A stretch of 64,000 nucleotides of DNA, taken from Oscillospiraceae bacterium. Its GTDB lineage: Bacteria; Bacillota; Clostridia; Oscillospirales; UBA929. The notes below the pieces were generated by a model. It was not told where the DNA came from and made no database searches. It saw nothing but the letters and a program-made list of their open reading frames with translations. A program made the position numbers and the translations under genes. Below are positions 51,786-60,135 of the stretch, one piece after another. Each line of letters begins with the position of its first letter. Position 1 is the stretch's first letter. The stretch spans positions 103,888-167,887 of the forward strand of contig JAVBTN010000005.1 of assembly GCA_031556185.1 (NCBI GenBank), read 5' to 3'.

Positions 51786-51933
51786 ATGATCACATCCTAT
51801 ATTATCCATATTATCCCCATTATACAGCATGAAGAGCCGTGTTGGTGAATAATTTATGAAGAAAAGAGGGATTTGTGACGGATTTCTCTCACGCGCGGGA
51901 CAAAGCGGCGGCGCGCGCCGATATGCGCGCACC

Positions 51934-51961
51934 AAAAAGCCGGGCGTGAGCCCGGCTTTTT
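51934..51961 (-). terminator. intrinsic terminator after fliC (symmetrical, A/T runs both sides)
   Basis: AAAAAGCCGGG-cgtga-CCCGGCTTTTT. Confidence 0.85.
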
Positions 51962-52008
51962 GGCGTGCAAAATATCAAAAAGGGAGGTAGTGGAAGTAAG
52001 CAGTTTAA

Positions 52009-53466
52009 TTAACGGAGGAGCTGCAGGACTGTCTGCGGGGCCTGATTGGCCTGGGCGAGCATCGCGGTGGCGGCCTGGGTCAGGATGTTGTTCTTGGTGA
52101 ACGCCATCATCTCTTTGGCCATGTCTACGTCGCGGATGCGACTTTCAGCGGACTGCAGGTTTTCGCTGACGGTGTCGAGGTTCGCGACGGTATGCTCAAG
52201 GCGGTTCTGCACGGCACCGAGCGCGGAGCGCTGTTCGGAAACGGTGGAGATGGCCTTTTCAACACTGGCGATTGCGGACTGCGCCTTGGTGTGGTCGGAC
52301 ACGTCAAGGCCGACGAGGCCGAGGCCGGAGGCGGACAGTTCCTGGATGGAGACCTTGATGGTCTGGTCTGCGCCGGCGTTCGCGCCCACTTGCAGCGTCA
52401 GGGGAGCGCCCTGAGCCGCTTTGTATGTAGCCGTGAACGTGCCGTCAGCGGTGAGCGCCTGCTCGTTGACTTTGACGGAGTCGCCGGCGGCGGTCTTGAA
52501 GGAGCCGTCAGCTTGCTTTGTGGTCGCTACGCCGCCGATTGTGACGGCGACAGAGGTGGACGGCCCTGAGGTGGTGGCGTCCGCGCCAACAATGGTAGCA
52601 GCTGCGTCCGCTGTGGAAGTCACGGTGCCGGTGCCGGTGACAGAGACGTTGCTCAACCCGACGATGGCGTTGCCAGCGGCGTCGGCCGTCGCTGATGTAA
52701 TCGTAAGTTTTCCGCCGGTCGCGGCAACGGTGACGCTGGTGTCCGAACCGGCTGTGAAAGCTGTTTGCATGGCGGTGGCAATCTGGGCGTCGGTTTCGCC
52801 ACCGGTCAAAGCGGCGGTTGTGTAGGTGGTGCCGTTAATGTCGAAAGAAATCGTGTCGCCAGAAGCGATCGCTGTGCCAACACTGATATCAAAAGCTTTT
52901 TCAGCGGCGACGGCGGGAACGGGGCCACCCGGCGTGGTTGTTCTCACGGCGGACACGACAGCGTCTGTCGGTGTGGCCATCTGGAGGCCGGAAATGGCGG
53001 CGTTATTGGTGGCGGCCGAGTCGAGCTGCATGTAGGAGCCATTTGACAGAGAACCGTTGAGCAGTGTCTTTTTGTTGAACTCGGTGGTGAAGGCAATCCG
53101 ATCGACTTCGGCGGTCAGCTGGTCAAGCTCTTTCTGGATCGCATTGCGGTCTTCGGTTTCATTGACATCGTTGGCGGCTTTGACGCTCAGCTCGCGCATG
53201 CGCTGGAGAATGCTGTGGGATTCTTGCAGTGCGCCTTCAGCGGCCTGCACGAGGGAGATGCCGTCCTGGGCATTGGCCGAAGCCTGGTTGAGGCCGCGGA
53301 TCTGGGCTCTCATTTTTTCACTGATGGACAAGCCAGACGCGTCGTCAGCGGCGCGGTTGATGCGGTAGCCGGAGCTCAATTTCTCGGTCGACTTGGTCTG
53401 GTTGAGGTTGTTGACTCCGAGTTGACGGTGGGTGTTCATGGCCATGAGATTGTTTTGGATACGCAT
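52009..53466 (-). CDS. fliC: flagellin
   Basis: Conserved N-terminus (MRIQNNLMAMNTHRQLGVN...SSGYRINRAADDASGLSISEKMR) and C-terminus (AMLAQANQAPQTVLQLLR), with an Ala/Thr/Gly-rich variable central domain. Confidence 0.95.
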   Translation of the reverse strand: MRIQNNLMAMNTHRQLGVNNLNQTKSTEKLSSGYRINRAADDASGLSISEKMRAQIRGLNQASANAQDGISLVQAAEGALQESHSILQRMRELSVKAANDVNETEDRNAIQKELDQLTAEVDRIAFTTEFNKKTLLNGSLSNGSYMQLDSAATNNAAISGLQMATPTDAVVSAVRTTTPGGPVPAVAAEKAFDISVGTAIASGDTISFDINGTTYTTAALTGGETDAQIATAMQTAFTAGSDTSVTVAATGGKLTITSATADAAGNAIVGLSNVSVTGTGTVTSTADAAATIVGADATTSGPSTSVAVTIGGVATTKQADGSFKTAAGDSVKVNEQALTADGTFTATYKAAQGAPLTLQVGANAGADQTIKVSIQELSASGLGLVGLDVSDHTKAQSAIASVEKAISTVSEQRSALGAVQNRLEHTVANLDTVSENLQSAESRIRDVDMAKEMMAFTKNNILTQAATAMLAQANQAPQTVLQLLR

Positions 53467-53598
53467 TTGTGTTTCCTCCTTGAATTTTCGGGACCCGGCC
53501 TCTTGCCGTAGTCCATTTAATATGTGGTGAGGGGGAGGGGGTACGTCGTCCCGGACGTATTGCCCGGAGGAGTTTGTCCCGCTTGCCTCACAACTAGT

Positions 53599-53625
53599 AT
53601 ATCGTCACGGGCGGGCAGAACTTTA
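53599..53625 (-). promoter_or_regulatory. sigma-D/FliA (sigma-28)-type promoter for fliC
   Basis: The minus strand reads TAAA-gttctgcccgcccgt-GACGATAT. Spacing is exactly N15 and the -10 matches 7 of 8 positions of GCCGATAT. It leaves a 5' leader of about 125 nt. Confidence 0.7.
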
Positions 53626-53808
53626 GACGACGCGCGCGTTTTTTTACAAAAGCGAAAAACGTCTGTGAGCGCTGGTGGCTCGCAATGCATATGAGGATTT
53701 GGTTGAAAAAAAAGAGGGGGTACGGCTGCCCCAGGGTAAAAAATGGATTGATATTGTTGCCAGAATGGTGTACACTATATAAAAGAAGAATATGAAGGAG
53801 GGCACACA

Positions 53809-54066
53809 ATGAAAAATCCGTTTAAGTTCTTGGCAGTCTTGGTTGTAACATTGGCCGCCATCGCCGCCATCGCAATTATGGCCGTGCGGTATATGGATGT
53901 TTTGCAGCGTCAGTTTGACTTCTTCAAGGGCTTGCTGGCGCGGCGCCGCAACGGGGTTCCGGATTGTTGCGACGACGATTACATGGATGACCTGGACGAT
54001 GATTCCACACCCGAGAGCGTGTTGGAGGACGACACCACCTATGCGCCCACGGAACTTAAGTTTTAA
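53809..54066 (+). CDS. hypothetical single-pass membrane protein with acidic C-terminal tail
   Basis: RBS GAAGGAGGG, one TM helix (FLAVLVVTLAAIAAIAIMAV), then DCCDDDYMDDLDDDSTPESVLEDD. A terminator follows. Confidence 0.55.
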   Translation: MKNPFKFLAVLVVTLAAIAAIAIMAVRYMDVLQRQFDFFKGLLARRRNGVPDCCDDDYMDDLDDDSTPESVLEDDTTYAPTELKF

Positions 54067-54072
54067 TAAAAC

Positions 54073-54100
54073 AAAAGCCGCCGAATTTCGGCGGTTTTTG
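54073..54100. terminator. bidirectional terminator between the small membrane protein gene and nifS
   Basis: AAAAGCCGCCG-aattt-CGGCGGTTTTT. Confidence 0.8.
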
Positions 54101-54140
54101 TTTTATTGCGGACGTGCGCTTGGCAGTATGCGTTCTTAAT

Positions 54141-55268
54141 TTATATGTGTACCAGTGTGGACATGCCGGCGCGCAGACGCGCGAGCAGGGCTTCGACATC
54201 CTGCTGCGTATTGTCGGGGCAAAAACTGACGCGCAACACGCTGTCGAGGATTCGGGCACACAAGCCCATGGAACTGAGCGCTTCACTGCGCCGACCTTTG
54301 TGGCAGGCGGAACCGGAGGACACATACACGCCGCCATCCGACAAATACCGCAGCATCACCTCGCTGGGGTACCCGGGCAGGGACAGCGTGACAATGTGCG
54401 GCGCGTCGTGCGGCGCAATCACAGTCACACCGGGCAAGGCGGCCAGCTGTAACAGCAACATGTCCTTGAGTGTCCGCATGTGTTTGACATCTTGCTCAAA
54501 CGTGGCCTTGCGCGACGCGCAGGCCGCGCCGAAGGCAGCCAGCGCGGGGACCGCTTCCGTGCCAGCGCGGAGGCCCTCTTCATGACCGCCGCCCAACACT
54601 TGCGGTGTCAGACGAAGACCGGGGCGGCGCCACAGTGCGCCGGCGCCCTTGAGGGCGCCTATTTTATGCGCCGAAACCGTCAGCAGATCGACACCCAGTG
54701 TGGCCGGTACGCAGGGCACTTTCAAAAAACCCTGCACGGCGTCGGTGTGAATGATCACGTTCGGATGTGTCTTTCGCACAGCACGGACGATGTCGGACAA
54801 GGGGTTGACAGCGCCGGTGTCGTTGGAGACCAACATGAGTGAGACCAAAACGGTGTCCGGCTTCATCGCGCCGACGACCGAATCTGCCGACAGGCGTCCG
54901 TCTTTGTCGGGCGGCAGCGAGGTCAGCGAAAATCCGATTGATTGCAGATGCCGCGCGCATTCGGCCACGGCAGCGTGTTCCAGGGTGGAGACAATGACGT
55001 GACCGCCGCGTCGCGCCAACGGGCCTGCCGCGCCCAACAGCGCCAGATTGCACGCTTCGGTGCCGCCGCTGGTGAATACAAGGTCTTCGGGGGCGGCGTC
55101 CAGCGCATGTGCCGTCTGTCTGCGCGCCTGGCTCAGCGCGTCCCGCGCGGATCGGCCGGCGGCGTGCAGGGACGACGGGTTTCCGAAGCACGTTGTCATA
55201 CAGTGCTGTGCTGCTTCCACGGCTGCCTGACAGGGGCGGGTGCTGGCGGCGTTGTCTAAATAGTGCAT
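54141..55268 (-). CDS. cysteine desulfurase (NifS/IscS-like class V aminotransferase)
   Basis: YLDNAASTRP, PLP-lysine region SAHKIGALKGAGAL and active-site SSGSACH. The track ORF is extended by 94 codons; trimmed to ATG 55268. Confidence 0.9.
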   Translation of the reverse strand: MHYLDNAASTRPCQAAVEAAQHCMTTCFGNPSSLHAAGRSARDALSQARRQTAHALDAAPEDLVFTSGGTEACNLALLGAAGPLARRGGHVIVSTLEHAAVAECARHLQSIGFSLTSLPPDKDGRLSADSVVGAMKPDTVLVSLMLVSNDTGAVNPLSDIVRAVRKTHPNVIIHTDAVQGFLKVPCVPATLGVDLLTVSAHKIGALKGAGALWRRPGLRLTPQVLGGGHEEGLRAGTEAVPALAAFGAACASRKATFEQDVKHMRTLKDMLLLQLAALPGVTVIAPHDAPHIVTLSLPGYPSEVMLRYLSDGGVYVSSGSACHKGRRSEALSSMGLCARILDSVLRVSFCPDNTQQDVEALLARLRAGMSTLVHI

Positions 55269-55603
55269 GCGACGTATACCTCTCAAAAAAAAGTGGGCGC
55301 GGACAAAAGGTGACCGCATTCGACAAAACAGCGATCGGTGGTCGCTGCGGCGCATCGTTTTACCCCTGAAGTATACCACAATTGACAGCGCACGTAAAGA
55401 CAATGCGCACAATAAAAACGGTGCAAGTCGTTGCCGCTCAGTTGATATACAGAGATGTGCGTTACTATGTATAAGGAATAACTTTGATAGAAAAATAACA
55501 AAATGATTCTGTGTAGGAGTTATGCCCATTATCCCCCGGGTTATCCCCAAGCATTATGTAGACCAATGTCAAAAAGAACTGTATAGGAAATCCGCGCCAG
55601 TGA

Positions 55604-56146
55604 TTAAAGTCGACGTGATGCGATGGAATGGTACACAAGCCGCCCGTTGTCGCGCATACTTTCATAGAGCGCCAGCGCAGATACGGGCACCGTCAGGGGC
55701 GGCATCCGACACAGCGCGTCATACGCCGCCACCGGCTGGGTCAGCGTCGCGTCGCGCGCCAGCGTGATGTGAGGGACAAAGGGCGACAGGGGGCGCGCGT
55801 ATCCGGCAGACAAGAGCAAGGAGAGCAAATTGTCGTACAGTTGCATAAACCCCGGATGAGGCGTCAGGCCCATCCAGAGCGTGTGACCACGTTGCGCGCG
55901 GAAAGACCCCAGTGCCGTCGTGCGGGCGGTAAACGGCGCGGGAAGCGCCATGTCGTCGCCGCAAAGCAACTGCGACAGGTGAGTGGCGTCTGTCGGGGAC
56001 TGCTCGCCCAGAAAGTGCAGCGTCAGATGTATCAGCTCACGGCGGACAAAGCGCGCGCCCGGCAGCAAAGCGCAAATTCGGCTTCCATGTGCTTCCAACG
56101 CCTGCTGCACATCCGCCGGAAAGGAAATGGCAAAAAACAGTCTCAT
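55604..56146 (-). CDS. thpR: RNA 2',3'-cyclic phosphodiesterase (2H family, ThpR/LigT-like)
   Basis: Two HxT/S motifs, LIHLTLHFLG and VPHITLAR. About 180 aa from ATG 56146, after AGGAGAGG. Confidence 0.8.
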   Translation of the reverse strand: MRLFFAISFPADVQQALEAHGSRICALLPGARFVRRELIHLTLHFLGEQSPTDATHLSQLLCGDDMALPAPFTARTTALGSFRAQRGHTLWMGLTPHPGFMQLYDNLLSLLLSAGYARPLSPFVPHITLARDATLTQPVAAYDALCRMPPLTVPVSALALYESMRDNGRLVYHSIASRRL

Positions 56147-56237
56147 GCAACCTCTCCTAATACAATCCGGTCTTTCGGTGCGGGAACAAACAGGCACGGG
56201 GACTTGCCGTATGACAGACGGCAAACCCCCGTGCAGA

Positions 56238-56648
56238 TCATTTGTTTTGATTCACAAGCTCGTCAAGGCTGATCCGATCCATGACGTCAGACACGGCCTC
56301 TCTGAGTTTTTGCCAGAGTGTTTCCAGCGCGGGGCTCCCATCATGCCCTTTGCCCGCCTCCAACGCCCGGCCTGTACTGTCCTGAGAAAGTGTACCCTCA
56401 CTCAACCGCAGGATGTCACCCACAGAAATGGTGGCGGGCGAACGCGACAAAGAGTACCCGCCGCGGGCGCCCCGTACGCTACGCACCAATCCACCTCTGG
56501 TGTACAAGGTGACAATTTGCTCCATATACTTCTCCGACAAGTTCTCTTGCAACGCGATTTCTCTTAAGGGAACCACTCCTTTTTCGTATCGTGCCGCCAA
56601 TGCCATCATGAGACGCAAACCGTAGCGGCCTTTTGTGGAAATTTTCAT
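56238..56648 (-). CDS. Rrf2-family transcriptional regulator (IscR/CymR-like)
   Basis: MKISTKGRYGLRLMMALA... with a winged-helix region (LSEKYMEQIVTLYTRGGLVRSVRGARGGYSL). Start is ATG 56648, 6 nt after GGAGGAGG. Confidence 0.9.
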   Translation of the reverse strand: MKISTKGRYGLRLMMALAARYEKGVVPLREIALQENLSEKYMEQIVTLYTRGGLVRSVRGARGGYSLSRSPATISVGDILRLSEGTLSQDSTGRALEAGKGHDGSPALETLWQKLREAVSDVMDRISLDELVNQNK

Positions 56649-56681
56649 ATGCATCCTCCTCCAAAAGTGCATACGTGCGCC

Positions 56682-56714
56682 GTTACAGTTTTGTCGATAA
56701 GTACAAGCTGTAAC
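56682..56714. promoter_or_regulatory. inverted repeat GTTACAG-N19-CTGTAAC upstream of the Rrf2 gene (candidate operator)
   Basis: Perfect 7-bp arms at 56682-56688 and 56708-56714, 35-65 nt upstream of the Rrf2 start codon. The operator role is conjecture. Confidence 0.3.
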
Positions 56715-56943
56715 AATACATTCCTATATCATATTTCGACATTTGTCAAGAATTTGACCAAAACTCATACGGGTCACTAGGGAATGCGGCGTGCTACACC
56801 ACAATTGGAGTCCATTTGTTGACAGCTATGGTATAATAAATGAACGGTCTTGCGACTGCGTTAACATTTTCTTCACAATTTATGCCGCCGCGCCTGATAA
56901 AATGGGAAGAACCTGTGGATAACCGGGAGAGAGGGGAACACGC

Positions 56944-57948
56944 GTGGTACAAGTACAGGGACTGACTAAAAAATATGGGCGCAGTCAAGCGTTGAACGAC
57001 ATATCTTTTTCCATTTCGGAAGGGGAGATTGTCGGGTTTCTCGGCCCAAACGGCGCGGGCAAGTCCACAACAATGAATATCATCACCGGATACATCTCCG
57101 CCACAGCCGGGCAGGTGAGCATCGCCGGTGTCGACGTGCTCGCCGACCCGCTGGCGGCCAAACGGCATATCGGGTATCTGCCGGAGCAGCCGCCGCTGTA
57201 TTTGGACATGACGGTACGGGCGTATCTGGATTTCGTATATGACCTCAAAGGCGTCCGCGGGGTCCGGCGCAAAGAGCATATTGGCGGCATCGCCGACAGG
57301 GTGGACATCAAAAGCGTGATGGACAGGCTAATCAAAAACCTTTCCAAGGGATACAGACAGCGCGTGGGACTGGCGCAGGCGCTTGTGGGCGATCCGGATG
57401 TGCTCATCCTTGACGAGCCCACCGTTGGGCTCGACCCGAAGCAGATCGTTGAAATACGGCAGGTCATCCGCGACTTGGGGCGCCGCCGCACGGTCATTTT
57501 GTCAACGCATATTCTGCCCGAGGTGTCTGCCATTTGCGAGCGGGTTCTGGTCATGTCGGGCGGCGCCATCGTGGCCGACGGCAAGCCGGACGAGTTGTCA
57601 CGACTGATGATGGACGACCGCAGTTTTGTCGTTCGGATTGAGGGCCCGCGCGAGCGGGTGGAGGCGGTGCTCTCCGGCTGCGACGGCGTAGCCGGAGTGG
57701 AGACGATGGACGAGGCGGAACCACAGGCGTATGAGTACCGGGTTTGCCCACGGGACAAGTCGGATCTGCGCCGCGTCGTGTTCAGCGCACTGGCCGACGC
57801 CGGGTATCCCATCCTGAGACTGGCGCCGCCGTCGGTATCACTTGAAGATGTCTTCCTCAAGCTGACGACGGGCGAGACGCCCCTCGCGGAAACACCGGAA
57901 ACTAGGAGACCGGATGAGATCGGGAGCGAAGAGGAGGCCGACTGCTGA
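56944..57948 (+). CDS. ABC transporter ATP-binding protein (ABC-2/GldA-like)
   Basis: Walker A GPNGAGKST, signature LSKGYRQRVGLAQAL and Walker B VLILDEPTVGLD. GTG start follows GGGAGAGAGGGG. Confidence 0.9.
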   Translation: MVQVQGLTKKYGRSQALNDISFSISEGEIVGFLGPNGAGKSTTMNIITGYISATAGQVSIAGVDVLADPLAAKRHIGYLPEQPPLYLDMTVRAYLDFVYDLKGVRGVRRKEHIGGIADRVDIKSVMDRLIKNLSKGYRQRVGLAQALVGDPDVLILDEPTVGLDPKQIVEIRQVIRDLGRRRTVILSTHILPEVSAICERVLVMSGGAIVADGKPDELSRLMMDDRSFVVRIEGPRERVEAVLSGCDGVAGVETMDEAEPQAYEYRVCPRDKSDLRRVVFSALADAGYPILRLAPPSVSLEDVFLKLTTGETPLAETPETRRPDEIGSEEEADC

Positions 57949-58649
57949 TGCGCGCTGTTTTTTCACGTGAATTTCGCTCCTTTTTTACCACGCCCATCGG
58001 TTATGTGTTCCTGGGCCTGTCCATCTTGGCCAACAATGTCGTGTTTTACATCGGCAACGTGCTGGGACGGTCGGCCGAATTGACGCCGGTGTACTTTTTC
58101 ATGCTCATCATCAATGTGATTACCGTCCCCGTGCTCACCATGCGCCTGTTCGCAGACGAGTATCGGCAGAAGACAGATCAGCTGCTGCTCACGGCGCCTG
58201 TACGTCACATGGATATTGTGCTGGGCAAGTTCTTTGCCGCCTTCGGCATGATGCTGGTTGTGCTGGTGCTGACCGGGATCTATCCGTTTATTATATCGTT
58301 GTACGGGTTGCCCAACGGCGCGGCCATCATGGGCTCTTATGTCGCCATATTGTGTTCGTCGGCTGCCTGCATTGCCGTGGGGCTGTTTGTCTCTTCGCTG
58401 ACAGAGAGCCAGATCATTGCCATGTTGGGTTCGCTGGGCATGTATCTGCTTTTTTTTCTGTTGTATAATTTTGTGCCGCCCAGCATGGGCTGGTTTTACC
58501 AGGCGGTGGGCTGGTTTTCGCCGTTTTCGCGGTTCGACAGTTTCCTGCAGGGCATTTTCCCGCTCAACGATATTTTGTTCTACGTCACACTGACAGCGCT
58601 ATTTCTTTTCCTGACCGGACGTGTGCTGGAAAAGAAACGCTGGGCGTGA
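57948..58649 (+). CDS. ABC-2-type permease (GldF-like)
   Basis: 233 aa with about six TM helices. The start overlaps the upstream stop (TGATG). Confidence 0.8.
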   Translation: MRAVFSREFRSFFTTPIGYVFLGLSILANNVVFYIGNVLGRSAELTPVYFFMLIINVITVPVLTMRLFADEYRQKTDQLLLTAPVRHMDIVLGKFFAAFGMMLVVLVLTGIYPFIISLYGLPNGAAIMGSYVAILCSSAACIAVGLFVSSLTESQIIAMLGSLGMYLLFFLLYNFVPPSMGWFYQAVGWFSPFSRFDSFLQGIFPLNDILFYVTLTALFLFLTGRVLEKKRWA

Positions 58650-58662
58650 CGGGGGTGCGGAG

Positions 58663-60135
58663 ATGAAGAGACAAAAATTCAAATATGGAGCCATGTCCGC
58701 CGTCTTTACGCTGCTGGTGGTCGGCGCCTTTATTATGGTCAATCTGCTGGGAGACCTGCTCACAGACCGGTTTTACCTCAAGTTGGATATGACCCGTGAA
58801 AAGCTCTACGAAATGTCCGACGAGACAAAGCAGGTGCTCCGGGGCCTGAATGAGCAGCTGACCATCACGGTGCTGGCCAATGAGAGCGCCATGGAGACAC
58901 CTCCTACGCAGACACTTCGGCCGTTCCTGTTGTCATTGCGCGAGCTGCTGGAAAAGTATGGGCTCTTCGCGGGCGGCCACGTGACGGTGCAGTATGCCGA
59001 CCCGGTTGTCAACGCCGCCCTGGTGGCAAAATACAATGAAAACGAGAACTTGACACCGTACAGTGTCATTGTATCCGGAGACCGCCGGTATAAAGCCATT
59101 CCATTTAACGACTTGGGGACGGCCATGACCCAGCGTAACCAGCAGACCGGATATGTGGAAAACGAGACCGTGTCGATGGAGACGGAGCAGGCGCTCACCT
59201 CCGCCATCTTGTTTGTGACGGCGGACACACTGCCCCGGGTGGTCTTCCTGGAGGGGCACAAAGAGCAGGACGCGCCCGAGCTGCAGGCGCTGCTGACAAA
59301 AGCCAACTATACCTGCGATACCGTCAACCTGAAGACGGCCGAACTCCCGGCGGACACGGCGCTGTTGGTTGTCAACGCCCCCACGGTTGACTTTGGCGCC
59401 GAGGAGACAGCCAAGCTCGACGGGTATTTGCAGGGGGGCGGATACGCGTTGGTGTTTGTCAGCTACGAGCTGCCCGAACTGCCTGTGTTGGAGCGCTATT
59501 TGTCGGAGTGGGGCATCGACATCGAAAAAAAGCTCATTCTGGACGCCCAGGGCGGCGCGCAGCCCTACTATGTAACACCGAAAATCATGCCGCATGAGTC
59601 GACAACCGGCCTGGACAACGCGCCGCTGGCCATGTTGATGATGGGCAATCCCTTCATCACCGACTGGATTGACGGACACAAAGACGCGCGCACGGTGGTG
59701 CCGCTGCTGCAAACCGCTGAAAGCTCCTATGCCAAGGCGTTGACCGTCCTCAGCGAGCAGACCGATTTGGAAAAGGGGGCCGACGACGAGGGAGGCCCGT
59801 TTAGCATGGCGCTGTTGTCCGAGCAGGTCGACTACGACGACAAGGGCCAGCAGCGCAAGTCTGGGATATTCATCTCCTCCGGGGCCCTGGCGAGCGCCGT
59901 GCTTGACAGGCCCGATGTGCTCAACAACCGTTTTATGTCGTCGCTGCTTTCCTACCTCTACCCCATCACAAAAACAGTGGTTATTCAGCCCAAGGAGTAC
60001 GACATCCTCAGCAAGACGTTGGACGCGTCGGTGGCCGGCGCCGCGCCGCTGTGGCTGCTGATGCTGATTGTTGTGATGCCGTTGGCCATTGTCCTCATTG
60101 GATTTGACACATGGCGAAGGAGGCGACGCCTGTGA
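58663..60135 (+). CDS. GldG-like ABC-transporter auxiliary component
   Basis: N-terminal and C-terminal TM helices flank a hydrophilic domain of about 440 aa. Its position after the GldA/F-like genes matches the known module. Start is ATG 58663. Confidence 0.7.
   Translation: MKRQKFKYGAMSAVFTLLVVGAFIMVNLLGDLLTDRFYLKLDMTREKLYEMSDETKQVLRGLNEQLTITVLANESAMETPPTQTLRPFLLSLRELLEKYGLFAGGHVTVQYADPVVNAALVAKYNENENLTPYSVIVSGDRRYKAIPFNDLGTAMTQRNQQTGYVENETVSMETEQALTSAILFVTADTLPRVVFLEGHKEQDAPELQALLTKANYTCDTVNLKTAELPADTALLVVNAPTVDFGAEETAKLDGYLQGGGYALVFVSYELPELPVLERYLSEWGIDIEKKLILDAQGGAQPYYVTPKIMPHESTTGLDNAPLAMLMMGNPFITDWIDGHKDARTVVPLLQTAESSYAKALTVLSEQTDLEKGADDEGGPFSMALLSEQVDYDDKGQQRKSGIFISSGALASAVLDRPDVLNNRFMSSLLSYLYPITKTVVIQPKEYDILSKTLDASVAGAAPLWLLMLIVVMPLAIVLIGFDTWRRRRRL

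Noticed and set aside
51093-55550. Long N-terminal extensions in track ORFs, including 54141..55550, 51093..51935, 17738.., 13830.., 41035..44850, 6426..7457 and 16266..17132
   Set aside because: The extensions lack RBSs, run through promoter or terminator-like sequence, and precede internal start codons that have good SD spacing and reproduce canonical family N-termini. The coordinates were trimmed accordingly.
55269-55603. nifS upstream spacer as a T-box or SAM riboswitch
   Set aside because: I could not find the T-box core (…GGGTGGTACCGCG…) in the correct orientation; the only GGTGGT-like string is on the non-transcribed strand. No SAM-I conserved segments were seen. The region is kept only as an unexplained spacer.
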